DNA of 62,356 bases, the filler included, from Nemertoderma westbladi (taxonomy: Eukaryota; Animalia; Xenacoelomorpha): assembly GCA_032718475.1 (NCBI GenBank). It is 4 parts of 4 records of this genome, joined end to end, with 100 filler letters (N's around TTAATTAATTAA, not from the genome) between each part and the next. Parts side by side here need not be neighbours in the genome. Positions count along the whole stretch, not along the records: positions 1 to 22,182 come from JAUCBJ010007587.1; positions 22,283 to 44,042 come from JAUCBJ010004028.1; 2 more parts are not named here. One strand, given 5' to 3'. Positions 12,224 to 25,045 of the stretch are shown here, one piece after another (positions within the stretch are counted from its first letter, which is position 1; each line of letters starts with the position of its first letter). Below the pieces are notes generated by a model that worked only from the letters and a program-made list of their open reading frames with translations, was not told where the DNA came from and ran no database searches. Both the position numbers and the translations under genes were made by a program.

Positions 12224-12672
12224 CCGGGTCTTCCATAATGATTGCTCCTTAGTGCACCTTAGTGCAAACCCAGCAGAGGATTTAGGAGCTATTTTCAAGC
12301 AACGCGTTAATGATGATGGAACAACCCGATATGAGATACTGCAAAGTTGTACTCAAACACCTGAATTCTGTGCTGGAAAGTATGGCTGATGACAAGAATT
12401 TATTTGATAAACTTCTATCAAAGGAGGAAACACAGATTTTTAATTCTGAGACATGATCAAACTGAACTCAAACCATAAAACGGCCCTTTTATGGGCCAAC
12501 ATCCTTTGCCATCTCAAAAATATTGAAAAATATTAAAGCTTTTTTTGCATGCAAGCTCAGAATTAAATTATCTTTCGAATGGTATAATAATATTACACTA
12601 AAGGTGCATGTATGGCACTTTTGGCTGGCCAGGGGGGGGGGGGGGGGGGGGCAATCATTATGGAACACCGGG
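12224..12672 (+). mobile_element. Tc1/mariner-like internal-deletion derivative
   Basis: 22-bp TIRs ccgggtcttccataatgattgc / gcaatcattatggaacaccggg (2 mismatches), TA on both flanks, internal remnant NPAEDLGAIFKQRV resembling the (SPD)LNPxEN motif. Confidence 0.75.
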
Positions 12673-12981
12673 TAAAATGATAATGAAACATTTAGCAGAA
12701 ATGCATCAAACCAAATATTTTACTTTATATCACTCACTAATCGGTAATTTTATTTTACGGCGTCATGGATATCAATTCGTCATAATAAGCAAATTATACA
12801 ACAAATAACATTAAAACTAAAAATACTAATTCATTAATTTATCTTAATAAATGAATAATTAATATTTAACAAACAACAAAGATAAAATATATATTAACAG
12901 CTATAAGGAAAGCACATAGGAGAAGTAATCAGTTAATTAATTAATTTGTCATCAGGTAAAGCAATTCAGTTATCAGTAAAA

Positions 12982-13219
12982 ACCATATGGACAGGATACG
13001 ATACGAAAATATCGGTTCATTGATTTTATAGTTTTAATGAATTAAATAATATTATTATTTAGTAGTAAAATTAATGTATTACTATCGATTTTACTGCATT
13101 TAATCTGAATGAAAAAAAACTTGTAAAAGACTGAAAAATTTGTTATAATTAAAACTTTAAAATTTTTGATACGAGAATACGATATCGAATCATAACATAT
13201 CCGTATCCTGTCCCTATGG
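12982..13219. mobile_element. Small MITE-like element
   Basis: Inverted ends accatatggacaggatacg / cgtatcctgtccctatggt. Confidence 0.5.
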
Positions 13220-13830
13220 TTAAAGCAATATTCATCAATATTCGGAAATTGTCATATTATCAGTAAAATTAATTAATAATTATAAGTTAAAAAGCTTTAA
13301 TAAATAAATTATTATTAATAAATTAATACGGGTTACGGAAATTTATAATCTTTAAAACTCAAAAAATCTATATATGTAGTTATAGACGACAATTATAGTT
13401 TATTAATTAAAGACAAACCTATTTAAATTAAAACAAAAATAACAAACAATTTCAAAATTTATTAAGTTTCCGGTACATCGTCTTTCTTTAATTTAATTCT
13501 AACAAAAAGCACAAACCATTATTTTTTTTACCAAAATAACTATATAGGAAACATACAGGAAAAAAAGTAAAAGATTTCTCCCCATGTGCGAGGTAGTTTA
13601 TTCATCAAGAGGTAATAAAGAGAAGTAAAAAAGTTGATTCCCAGTTTAACATATTTTGGTGTTATTTTTATTTTATTAAGTGTAATATATTTTAACAGTG
13701 TTTACACCATGTCCTGGAATATAGTGTCGCTGTACAGGTACACCCCCCCCCCCCCCCCCCCAAATTTTTCAACAAATCTTAAAAAATGAGATTGCATTAA
13801 TTGTATAACTGGATATTAACTTTATTAGGT

Positions 13831-14934
13831 TCGACACGAGAAAATTTTTTTCCAAAATTTTCTGGAAAACATTCCATTAGATTAATATTTCGATGTAGAT
13901 TCCAAAAATCAAACTCTCATGAGTTGAGTAACTAAGCATTCAAAAGTTATAAGCATTCAAAAGTTATAAGCATTCAAAAGTTATAAGCATTTTTCGGTGA
14001 AATTTTTCAAAGCGATGCGGTCCGCAACTTTTTCAAAATTTGCTCATTTTTTTAAATTTATTTATTTTATAATTTTTCCCCAGACTTCCCCACTAGAGCA
14101 GAATTGTATATAGATTCAGAAAATCCAACTCACATCACCTGAATCCAAACCCGTCAAAACTTATATCCATTAATATGGCGCTTTTAACATATAAGTTATT
14201 TGACTTTCAGCTCCGTTTACTCCTTTTGCAATTATTGCGGTGGTAAATTTATTAATTTTATTATTAATTAAATTAATTAATTAATTAATTAAATTAATTA
14301 ATTAATTTTATTAACTATTATTAATTTATTAATTTTTTCAAGGACTGTAAATCCAATTGCCATGAAATTTTATACCCTTATACAGAATTTCGAGCTGTAC
14401 AAGTGGAATCTCAAATATTACATTTCTTCATTTTTTTTTTCTAAAATGTGACCCTCTAGGCCAGTCTCATTTGAGAAATTTGCAATATTTGAACATGTTC
14501 TACTTGTACAGCTTGAAATTCTGTATAAGGGTCTAAAATTTCATGGCAATTGGATTTACAGACCTTGAAAAAAATGTAACATGAATAAATTTACGATATC
14601 GCAAAAGGAGTAAACGGAGCTGAAAGTCAAAGAACTTATATGTTAAAAGTGCCGTATTAATGGATATAAGTTTTGACGGGTTTGGATTCAGGTGATGTGA
14701 GTTGGATTTTCGGAATCTATATACAATTCTGCTCTAGTGGGGAAAGTCTGGGGAAAAATTATAAAATAAATAAATTTAAAAAAGAGCCAAATTTTGAAAA
14801 ATTCGCACACCGCTTTAAAAAATTTCACCCAAAAATGCTTATAACTTTTGAATGCTTGGGATTCATGTCAAGAGATTTTGAATCTAATGGGATGTTTTCA
14901 AGAAAATTTTGAAAAAACAATTTTCTCGCGTCGA
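13831..14934. mobile_element. ~1.1-kb foldback (long inverted repeat) non-autonomous element
   Basis: 13831-14410 is the diverged reverse complement of ~14497-14934, for example ...gactttcagctccgtttactccttttgc / gcaaaaggagtaaacggagctgaaagtc. Confidence 0.85.
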
Positions 14935-16659
14935 TACAACCAGCTCAAAGTAATTAATTAACCGTTCAGAAGGTTAATATGTTACGATCATGTAAAATAC
15001 AAAGTGAGAAAATCCTCCAAAAATATCTTCACATTTCCAAATAAGATTTTTTCGACAATAAGAAAAAAAAAGTAGAATACATGCAGATAACTTTTTACCT
15101 TCAATAAATAAAATAACCGACTTGGAGTTCAGATTAATATTGGTACTAATTTATAAATAATTAATAAACATTAATTAAATAATAAATTATAGTAATACAA
15201 AACCTTAAATACAATGTCTCCTAAATAATATTCAGCCTTAGAATATGATTTGTATAATTGTGCAAGGCTGTTTAGCCCACCCCATTGCTAATGTGCAACC
15301 AATTGGCATAGCTCTTCTGCTAATAAAAGAAAACTTCAGGCAACAGTAAATAAAATATTGTGTGCGGAATTATATTCAAGTTCTGCCAGTCTGTTGTGTA
15401 AAAGTTAATTTGGGATTAAGTGGTAATTTTCTGCAAAGCATAAAACACAAACCGCTAGTTTATTAGATTCAGTCTTTATATTAAAAGGCATCATCAGTAT
15501 CGGTTGCTAAGCAACAGTTGCATGAGATAATATCGGTGACAGCCGACCAATAGGGTGACGTCACCGACATATTGACGCTCAACTGGTCGTCTCCAGTTTC
15601 GCATTATTCGCGGAGACTAGTCCCCCTGTGGTTGACCAATCACAGCCCTGGGATCGCGAGGGTAACCATGGAGATCCGGTAACAAGGGGCAACCAATCGG
15701 CTTCCGAGGAGCTGTCCGATGAAATGTCTGTAAATTCCCTGAGATTCAGAGACAGCTGAAAAATATACAGATAAATTGATGAAAATAAAGAAATAGTTGT
15801 TAAGAAACACAAACAAATGACACAGAGTAATTATATTTCGCGCGCGAATATTGAGACCTAGTGAAAATGGGAGTGGTAAATTCTAGAAGATATAGAATCT
15901 ACTACATTAGATATTTATTGTAGTGAATATAAATCATGCGGATATTATCAATGTTATAGTAAAAATAGTTCTTAATGATTCAGTAACGATGAGACAAAGG
16001 AATAACACAGGGATAAAAAGAAAAAACACAGAGCAATATCGTGGAGAGAAAGAAGCCTCCCGGTCCAAGGCACTTATGGAAAGAGCTTATTATTAGTAGG
16101 ACTATTATGTCAGTGAATCCAGCAATGTTGGATAGTGTTAGTAGTAAGTACATGACCGGCTCTACATCAGTTCGACCTAACTGACACCCATTGGGTGTCA
16201 TATGACACCTAATTATCACCATAGGGTGTCTCTGGGTGTTATTGGCGCCAGACTGTCTGTGTTACAACTTTACCAATTACGGTAATTAGATCCTAATTGG
16301 TAGGTGTCATCAATTAATTAGTACAATTAAACTCTAATAGGTGTCTTATGACTCCCCATTAGGGTTTAAATGATTATCCTAATTAATTTAACCGAGTGAT
16401 GCCATGATACCCTATTGGTCATCAGTGATGCCTAATTGTCGCAATACCCGCCAAGAAAGGTGTCATTAAATAACACCTCTTCTCTATTTTGATCTGTATT
16501 GTTTTTATGTACTTAATTGTACTGTTTTTTTTATTTTACAGTTTATTATTTTCAATTTAATTATAATTCTAATAACCAAATATTGCTTCGCAAAACGGCA
16601 TCCATTATGACGTCATTTTTGCGTAGCAATATAAAACATACCCCCTAGCTTTGAACTAG

Positions 16660-17019
16660 ATCAATTGTCTCCAATAGGATTATCTATAGCGCATTCAACC
16701 AGCCATTTGGCACCAAGTCTACAGCGACCTCTATTTCGGTAGCCCTGGATGTATTACATACGAAGATTAGGCCGTATTATTTCTCGCTTTGTCGCTGAAC
16801 TTTGATATTGATGACTCCGAACAAGTCGACTGCAGTGTATGTAAACTGCACTTGGGAGGCCTTTATTCTTTCCTCTGGGAGGGGGCCATAATTTGTCTTG
16901 CGCTCTGTATTCGGTTTTTCCGACAGCATTTGTGGGTAATTGTGTGTGCGGATAACTTTTTGTAGTTCAGGTACCCTGTATTTCCTTCGGACGTTTAGAG
17001 TCGTATTTAATGATGGCAA
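16660..17019 (-). pseudogene. BEL/Pao integrase fragment
   Basis: GPLPEERI...FTYTAVDLFG, continuing past a stop as YGLIFVCNTSRATEIEVAVDL, which is the start of a BEL integrase core. Confidence 0.8.
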
Positions 17020-17069
17020 TTTGTGCTGCTTCTAGGTCGATATGTGGTTTGTTTTGTCTTGATGTTGTT

Positions 17070-18281
17070 TTATTTACTATTATTACTATTTACTATTATT
17101 ACTATTTACTATTATTACTATTTACTATTATTACTATTTACTATTATTATTAACTATTATTACTATTTACTGTTAACTATTATTACTATTTACGTCGACA
17201 GCCTTGGAGATAGAACACAGTGTAATAAACTGTACTATAAGTTTTTATTGCTGATATTGGATTGAGACAAATACAAACAATAAAAAAGCCAACACAAAAC
17301 AAACAATGGCTGTAATACCCACCACCAGGAAACAATCATACTTTGAAAATATCTTTTAGGTAGGAGTGGGAAAAGTCCAACAATATATTACTACTTATAA
17401 TAATTATTACTATTTACTATTATTACTATTAACTATTATTACTATTAACTATTATTACTATTTACTATTATTACTATTTACTATTATTACTATTTACTAC
17501 TATTACTATTTACTATTATTACTATTTACTATTATTACTATTTACTATTATTATTAACTATTATTACTATTTACTATTAACTATTATTACTATTTACTAT
17601 TATTACTATTTACTATTATTACTATTAACTATTATTACTATTTACTATTAACTATTATTACTTATTATTACTATTTACTATTAACTATTATTATTATTTA
17701 CTATTAACTATTACTAATATTTACTATTATTACTGTTTACTATTATTACTATTAACTATTATTACTATTTACTATTAACTATTATTACTATTTACTATTA
17801 ACTATTATTACTATTAACTATTATTACTATTTACTTTTAACTATTATTACTATTTACTATTTACTAATAATGTGCTTGAGAGGCGCACGGAGTTCAAGGG
17901 CAAAGTTGAACTCGCGTAGCTTGAGGGAGACCGGCATCAGCGCAGCGGTGGTGGAGGCACGTATAGACGGGTGGTAGATTAAACTCTACTGTACTACATA
18001 GTCTAACCGCCATTTCGGGCATTATTAGAATAACTAACTTTAGGTTCTGGGATGCTATATATTTGTTTGGTGTTCGGTTTTATATAAGAAGGTGTTAATT
18101 GAGGTAAATTGTGCCATTTATTGGATTGTATACAATGGTAATAAACACTGTGACAGGTATTTTAAAAAACTATTTACTATTATTACTATTAACTATTATT
18201 ACTATTTACTATTATTACTATTTACTATTATTACTATTTACTATTATTACTATTTACTATTATTACTATTTACTATTATTT
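17070..18281. repeat. (TACTATTATTACTATT)-type AT-rich satellite interrupted by unique islands
   Basis: 15-bp unit actattattactatt(t/a) repeated many times, with unique islands at ~17193-17400 and 17866-18170. Confidence 0.95.
17870..18169 (+). mobile_element. Heavily 5'-truncated CRE-clade LINE (last 35 codons + 3' UTR)
   Basis: 17870-17977 reads MCLRGARSSRAKLNSRSLRETGISAAVVEARIDGW*, homologous to MCLRGSRSARNR... at the end of the 55401-57737 ORF. The UTR ends in an A-run. Confidence 0.7.
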
Positions 18282-19675
18282 GAAACCAATCCTCATTTTA
18301 TTAACAATAGTTAAAAAAACTTTCAAACGAACAATAGGACATGACATCGATATACACACGGATAAAATAAACCCACCACCAGCTGACTCGCTAATAGATA
18401 GTTTAAATATATAGATTTTACGGTTTCACCTCCGCATTCGCCACCACGACGGCTGCCTCAGCCCAATTCACTTTGACTGGCCGCCTGGCTGCAGAGCGGC
18501 ACCTACGTATGCAGAGCAGCATCGACCAAAGTAGAGCAAAGCTCAAGTTGCGCCTCACCCAGACAACGCACTCTGAGTACGGGACGCTTCGTTTGTCGCA
18601 CAACTTCATCGACAGCCTCTTCACGAACTGGCTCGCCGATGGGCCAATGCCACCGTAAGCCGACAGGATGAAGGGAGTAAAGATTGAATGTTCAACCTCC
18701 CTTAAACGTTCCTCATATTTGAAGACCTTGGGGTTCTCGTTGTGTCGGTAGACAGCGTCCGAATCCATGGAGATGTAGGAGGCTGCGAGAGGGTTGAAGA
18801 CCGACACATCAATGAAAGTTCTTTGAAATCGGTTTCCCCAAAACCCACAAGCAGATACATCTAGACGGGCCAGCTGGTCAGTTGATGTTGAGCGATGAAC
18901 AAAGGTCTCACCAGTGAGGGACTGGAGCATTGGCTCAACAGTGACACTATGGGCGACTTCTGAGAAAGTGGAGGCAATGAAATCTCTAACCTCATTATGC
19001 CTAATAGAGGAAAATCCTCCTGTGGGACACGACAGAACATGAGAACTGAAAGTCGTGAACCACAAGCACATCGAGAAGGGAGATTTTTCGGGGTCCACCC
19101 ATAACGAAGGCATATCGCGTCCCTAAACTCTTCTTTATTTAAATGCGTATCATGGAGAGTTAGTGGCTTACTGTTCAGCCATGTTGAAGCCCCCTTCTCC
19201 GCCATAAAGGCGGGGCAGTTTCCCCTGGCTCGGTGACACCTCCACTGACACGATATTCACTTTCCTCTTCGAGGCTACCATGTTCTCAACCTTGACTTCG
19301 CTGACAATGGAACGCTGCTCCGCCCGGACCTCCACCATTGTTTCTAAGTTCTGATCAGCAAACGGCAGACACACCCGTCGAGAATTGGCGTACTGGGGAG
19401 CAAGATCATTCGGTGTTGGTATACCCAATCCACCTGCACGTACAGGTAATGACAGTAACAGGCGTTCTGTGGGTCATATTGCGGGGCGGTCCATGAGTCG
19501 CCTAAGGAACTCCTCTATTGAGTGCTCCAACTTGTCGTAGTGGGTGATAGCCCCCTGGACAACCCGAGAAAGAAATCTCCACCGACACACTAGACCAAAT
19601 ACTAGGCCGGCATACGCACAGTGGGGATCTATTGCTGTGATTTCGGCTAGCCGATGTACCTCCTCCACAAACTCC
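18282..19675 (-). mobile_element. Degenerate 5'-truncated CRE-clade non-LTR retrotransposon
   Basis: Frameshifted ORFs collinear with 55401-57737: DPHCAYAGL, EKGASTW, EFRDAICLRYG, CACG..HVLSCPTGGF, RHNEVRD, RLDV..GFW..DV (REL endonuclease). Confidence 0.9.
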
Positions 19676-19689
19676 AATATCACAAAGTA

Positions 19690-20294
19690 TACAGGGACTG
19701 AAATGTCCTGAACAATCTTCCATCTCAACCCATAACTTTTCATCGCTCTTTGTCAATCTAGCTTTGGGTACGACCATTTTGACGCTCCTACCTCGCCCTA
19801 CAAACGGCTTCAAGGCTATTCCATACGATTTGTATTGTCCCTCAATAATATCAAAGCTTAGTGAACGCATCTCCGAAACGTGCAGCATTTATTTCGCATC
19901 GAAGGCTTTGTTAAAACAACATATTCATGTCCATGGAGGAGCGGAACACGATAACGTGGGCTTGGATGAAGAGAACAAAGAACAGGCAGATCCAGCCCTA
20001 CTTCAAACCAACCGAGCGATATCCATTATATCTATCGAGGAACACTTGGGAGGAAATTACTATTTAGTATTAATTACTATTGCTAATTATATTTGATTGA
20101 TTATTGCTATTGATAAAAAACTAATTAGTATTAATTATTAATTATTAATGCTAATAATAATTTTTTCTGAGCGTGATGTGACATAGGGAAGGGGTGTCAA
20201 CAATTTTGTGACGAATTGTGACAGAAGGGGGGGGGGGGGGGGGGGGGTGTAAAAAATAGCCAAAAAATGCGTGACGTCATTTATGGACGCCCCC
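19690..20294 (+). mobile_element. 3' part of a DNA transposon, probably Zator-like
   Basis: ORF remnant IPYDLYCPS...CSIYFASKALLKQH and terminus gtgacgtcatttatggacgcccc (reverse: GGGGCGTCCATAAATGACGTCAC), which resembles Zator TIRs as I recall them. Confidence 0.55.
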
Positions 20295-22182
20295 ATAACA
20301 TGATGGATGCAATGTTTGTTTGGCATTTATTTTCGTGCCGCTATCCTGTTAAGGATGTGTCACGAAATTATGTCTTTTGGTTAACTGTGCTGATCATTAT
20401 ATATTTAATTTTCTAGTTAATAATTTTTGTGTCTTAGTTTAATTCTACTGTAGTCGTTAGCAGGTGAGCCCATGCAACCCCTACTTGAGACTTATTTCCA
20501 GCTATTATCAGCTAAAGTAATTTACTATGGTGCTGCCTCATTAGGAGCCCGCTTGACAGCGGGATACTTACTGTAAGAATCTCAGGGATACTTTCTGTAA
20601 AAATCTCAGGATACATTACACTGACTGACATACTGACTGATAATTATCTAGGTTAAGGCACTTCCTGCCTGGCGATTTTGATGAAATTTTGCAAGTACAT
20701 TGCTTTGGTGGTTCATAATCGCGTTACAAAATTTCAGATCGATTCTATGTGTGGTATTCGATATATTTAGTTTTTTGACATTGTTTTGTCGCGAAATTAA
20801 AAGCAATGGCAAAATAACAGCTGGTGTTCATGATGAAATATGGCTTAATATGTTATACACAGTCATAGAAAAACGTGTTGGTTGCCAAGTCACATAAGCT
20901 GTTGGTTTCTAATGTATTACCCCATAAGCTGATTGCTCTCCCAGTGCTTCCTAAGGGTATATCTACAATAAGGTTACTCACTCTGCTATGTTGAGGGGTG
21001 GATCAGGATAATTAATTTTAGTTACACAAAGCAGTGTGTTGTGTCCTATTGCAGTCGATACTCACTGTGGATTGTAAAATGTTTTGTCTGGGAAGAGATA
21101 TTCCGCTTGACGACGGGGTAATACCTATAGAAGGAAACTAAATTTGTTATTTGGCTCTATTCGTTGTTATTTATCTGGTTGTGCATCATGGGCATTTTTT
21201 ATAAATATTCGGTAATCGTATCTTATATCTTGTAAACATGCTTGATAATGAAATTATTTGCTTCATATTATATTTTTGTTAGTGGTAGCTAAGTTGCATT
21301 TTTTATTATGTGGGGCGAGCCACAAAGTCAGCTAGCCTCACGCCTTGCAGTTTAGACAATTTTAGTTTACTTACTGCTGACTGACAGTTCTTTGTAATAG
21401 TCTTGGCTAGGATTTTTCCCCCGGGCTCCTTCCAGCCAGCTTGCTGGCTTTCTAGTTTATATATACATATATTTGGGTTATGGAAATAAAATAAAGTATT
21501 ATTATAGTATTATTATTATTAAAAGTGTCTGATTGGTTAGCGAATTATATAAGTCACACAGCAGAAGATCCAATGATCGATCAGTCATCTACTTAGTAAC
21601 TTTATTTGTTTGTTACAATTTCATTCACTGAATTAATTATATTTATTTAGTTGCGTTAATGATACAATCTCTATAAAGTTTTATTAAAAACAAAGCGATT
21701 GTTGATAAAAAATATCCTAAAGTATAATTATAATACAGTGTAAAAAATGATGTTGCAATTATTTTTTGATTCTTGATTAATTCAATATTACACATGGTAC
21801 AGGACACTGGAATCATTTACCAGTACTTATGGATTTAACCGTATCTGGTCAGGGCTATTTTACTATGTACTTGGCCCCGGAAGGGGTGGATCAAAATTAC
21901 AAATTTGATGGTATGGGTTTTCGAGGTCGCTAATCACGATCTCGTTAATAATATTTTCATACAGTAAATTTATTTATTATTAAATTTATTATTTTTTATA
22001 AATAGAATAGTTATATCTTTCTCCACATATGCTTCCTATTGATCCCCCAATGCTTCCTATTGATCCTCCAATGTTCTATAGTTATTCGCATTCATTAGTT
22101 TAACAGTGAAGTATTTAATATTAAGAGCGTGAGGGAGGGGAGGGGGATACATTACTTACTAAATGAGTTTATCGATTGAAAC

Positions 22183-22282
22183 NNNNNNNNNNNNNNNNNN
22201 NNNNNNNNNNNNNNNNNNNNNNNNNNTTAATTAATTAANNNNNNNNNNNNNNNNNNNNNNNNNNNNNNNNNNNNNNNNNNNN
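22183..22282. other. Assembly gap with TTAATTAATTAA spacer
   Basis: 44 N + 12-mer with stops in all six frames + 44 N. Same pattern at 44043-44142 and 57746-57845. Confidence 0.98.
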
Positions 22283-22418
22283 GAAAATGAATACAAAAAA
22301 ATTAATAAACATAAGATTTGAGATCAAATTATGTTGCTTCCGTTTCGATAGCCAATGATTATTGCGGCAAATAAAACGAACAATAGTGTATACAAAGAAC
22401 ACCAACAACTATAATGGT

Positions 22419-22641
22419 AGTCCGTGAGCCACGGTAAAAAGCGTTGGAATGCTTAGAAATTAATATGGTGACTTAATTAAATAATTTAATTTAATTAAAT
22501 GATGTAATTCAATTTCATGATTTAATTTAATTAAATAAATGAAGTTCAAAATTACTTTAAAGACACAATGTAATGTCGTAAAATAAGATTGTGTTAATTT
22601 CCGTTGTAATTTGTATTTTTTTTTCACAGTGGCCCATGGAC
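22419..22641. mobile_element. Small MITE-like element
   Basis: Imperfect inverted ends gtccgtgagccacggtaaaaa / tttttcacagtggcccatggac around an AT-rich core. Confidence 0.45.
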
Positions 22642-22729
22642 AACGCAACGTTTGTAATTCTTTTGTAATTGTACAAACACTGTTTTGTAGTTGTAATTGT
22701 AATTCGTTTGTAATTCTATATCTATAAAT

Positions 22730-25045
22730 CTAAATATCCCCAAATGTGGCTCCAAGGGTAATAGCATTATCGAATGCACGCATAAATGTTTCATATTCTG
22801 TATGGGACGTGGGGATGCTAATAGCTAATATGCAAGTCTCAGCAGTTGGGAGTTTATAGCCACCAGAAAATGGCAGAAACTTGATTTGTATCAGTTTATG
22901 AAAACCAATAGCAGGTATGGATGGAGAACCTGTAACAAACTGCAACAGCAATGGGCAGATTAACTCAGATGTGCCATTATCATTGACTTCTAGCCTTCGC
23001 TCGTGTGAGTCAGATAGGTATTCATCAAAAAAAGCCTTAGCCTGTCTTTCCGCGTCGGTCGCTGGTTTAATGTCCGAGTAATCGATGAGATTCATGATTT
23101 CTAAAGGTGATATGTCAGCCCTTTGGAAGACGTTGCGCATCTGAATTGGATACTCTCGAATTAGATCATGCATATAAAATTTATTCAGTCCCACTGCAAA
23201 GGAATCCAGAATTGCTTTTTGTTTAACAATTAGTTCCTGGAATAAAATGTAACTTATTACTTCATCCAGATTATACTTGGTAATTGGGTTTTCCTGCACA
23301 TTCCAATTGGTATCTCCTAAAACTTTCAAATTACCCATATCATCAATAAAGTCATCCAACCGTATGTCAACCTCATCATTGGTAAGAAACTTTAGCGATT
23401 GAAATTCTTGTATGATTTCATATTTTTCCATATAAAATTGACTGTTTTTAGGCATATCTTCAATTCCCACTAAACCAGAGGTTTGCAATGCTTCCAGTCC
23501 AACAGATAAATAGTTATATATATGATTAGCTAGTGGAAATCTTGGTCCTCCGTGCGTCAACACATAGCCAATTGCCATTCCTGCAATCTCTATCTGCGGT
23601 AATGACAATGAACGTTTAGGGAGCAAACCTGAGTTAACTTCCTCGAAATACTCAACTTTCATTTGCTGCATAAATGTTGCCATAAATTCACGGGCTAGTC
23701 CACCCAAATCTACACCTTCTTCGTCAATGTATGATACATGAATTGTAGAGAACAACTTAGAAGGGTCCCTTTTCATATGCTTCAAAAATAGTAAACCCCG
23801 AAACCACTCTTGGCCACGTTGAAGTGAAATTGTTTCTATAGCAGGTGACACTCTAACATTTTGTAATAACTGGTTGACAAGTGTTGAGCCATCCATATTA
23901 TTATTCATCCCTATAAATAATGCAGTGTGTACTTGGTCTGGTTCAGTGGATATTAAAGAATGTGAAGTTCCTGAAGTATGTCCTTCTTGGTCTGGTTGGG
24001 ATTGAGTAGTCAGCATAGTAGACGGTACCTCACCTCGTTCATATTCTGAGGAAGTGGAACCTTCATCGTGAATTACAATTTCATTGTGCGTGTCTGATGA
24101 AGTACTTTCAGCTTGATGCCATAGATCCAGTAATGTCGGAATTTCCTCATTATTATTTTCCCTACCGCTATCACCCACCTCTGGTGGTATATCATACAGT
24201 AGCTGTATATAAACCGGTCTCCCTCTGGGATATGCCACTTTTAAGTTTTCCCCGGAAAAATCGGTAAAATCAAAGTTCATGACAGTCCGCCTTGAAACTT
24301 TTACGAATTTATAGTCAGTCGTATATTGACATTTAGGGGCATGTAAGTTATTAAGAATCTCACTCAGTTTGAAGGAAATTTCACTTAATGTATCAGTGGA
24401 TAAAAAATTCAGTATAGTGTGCTTCCAAATTGAACGTTCACAGATGTTATATGTATTATTATCTACAAACTTGGGTTCCGGGTTTCGCAAGATACGAAGT
24501 TCACGTGTTTGCTCGAATTGAGGGGATCTCCCAGGGCGGCTTTGTACAGATTGCTTCCTAGGCCTCCGATTTCTAAATCCAAAACCTCGCCTCACAGAAG
24601 ATGTCAGGTCGCCAAACCCAGAGGAGGACGACCCAGAAGGACTTTCTGTTCGGGATGGACCAGATGAATATAAAGTGTCAGATGCGGTGCCGTTTGTAGA
24701 AATTGCAGATAATGGAGATTGGAGACGATATGGGGCAAATGCCCGACTTAGCTCCGCCTGGATTGCATCTCTTTGTACCCCCGGTGTCATTGACGAGGGC
24801 CTCCTTGGTAGGCCTACAGCAACTGAGGGTGTGCTTGAGACGTTAGATCTACGTACTGCAACCGTGTTGTCGCTGGTACTAGTCAGGTGCATATTTGAAC
24901 CATAATTATCGTTTATAAAATCAAGGGGGTTGCGTGATTGACCACATGATGTACAGAATGAGTCAACATACTGTATCCCGCATTTCGGACAGTACTGGAA
25001 TGAGGGTGATTGTACAGGGGCCTCACTTATGTCATCCTCCATCAC
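22730..25045 (-). CDS. Intronless zinc-ribbon + HECT E3 ubiquitin ligase (G2E3-like), 771 aa
   Basis: N-terminal CPKCG...CTSCG; HECT motifs EEGVDLGGLAREF, LLQFVTGSPSIPAIGF and LPTAETC (catalytic Cys); short C-terminal tail containing Phe. Confidence 0.9.
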   Translation of the reverse strand: MMEDDISEAPVQSPSFQYCPKCGIQYVDSFCTSCGQSRNPLDFINDNYGSNMHLTSTSDNTVAVRRSNVSSTPSVAVGLPRRPSSMTPGVQRDAIQAELSRAFAPYRLQSPLSAISTNGTASDTLYSSGPSRTESPSGSSSSGFGDLTSSVRRGFGFRNRRPRKQSVQSRPGRSPQFEQTRELRILRNPEPKFVDNNTYNICERSIWKHTILNFLSTDTLSEISFKLSEILNNLHAPKCQYTTDYKFVKVSRRTVMNFDFTDFSGENLKVAYPRGRPVYIQLLYDIPPEVGDSGRENNNEEIPTLLDLWHQAESTSSDTHNEIVIHDEGSTSSEYERGEVPSTMLTTQSQPDQEGHTSGTSHSLISTEPDQVHTALFIGMNNNMDGSTLVNQLLQNVRVSPAIETISLQRGQEWFRGLLFLKHMKRDPSKLFSTIHVSYIDEEGVDLGGLAREFMATFMQQMKVEYFEEVNSGLLPKRSLSLPQIEIAGMAIGYVLTHGGPRFPLANHIYNYLSVGLEALQTSGLVGIEDMPKNSQFYMEKYEIIQEFQSLKFLTNDEVDIRLDDFIDDMGNLKVLGDTNWNVQENPITKYNLDEVISYILFQELIVKQKAILDSFAVGLNKFYMHDLIREYPIQMRNVFQRADISPLEIMNLIDYSDIKPATDAERQAKAFFDEYLSDSHERRLEVNDNGTSELICPLLLQFVTGSPSIPAIGFHKLIQIKFLPFSGGYKLPTAETCILAISIPTSHTEYETFMRAFDNAITLGATFGDI

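Noticed and set aside
17023-18314. Short Tyr/Leu/Ile-rich ORFs
   Set aside because: Translations of the AT-rich satellite.
22183-22282. TTAATTAATTAA palindrome inside N runs (three times)
   Set aside because: Artificial scaffold spacer with six-frame stops. Adjacency across these gaps is also uncertain.
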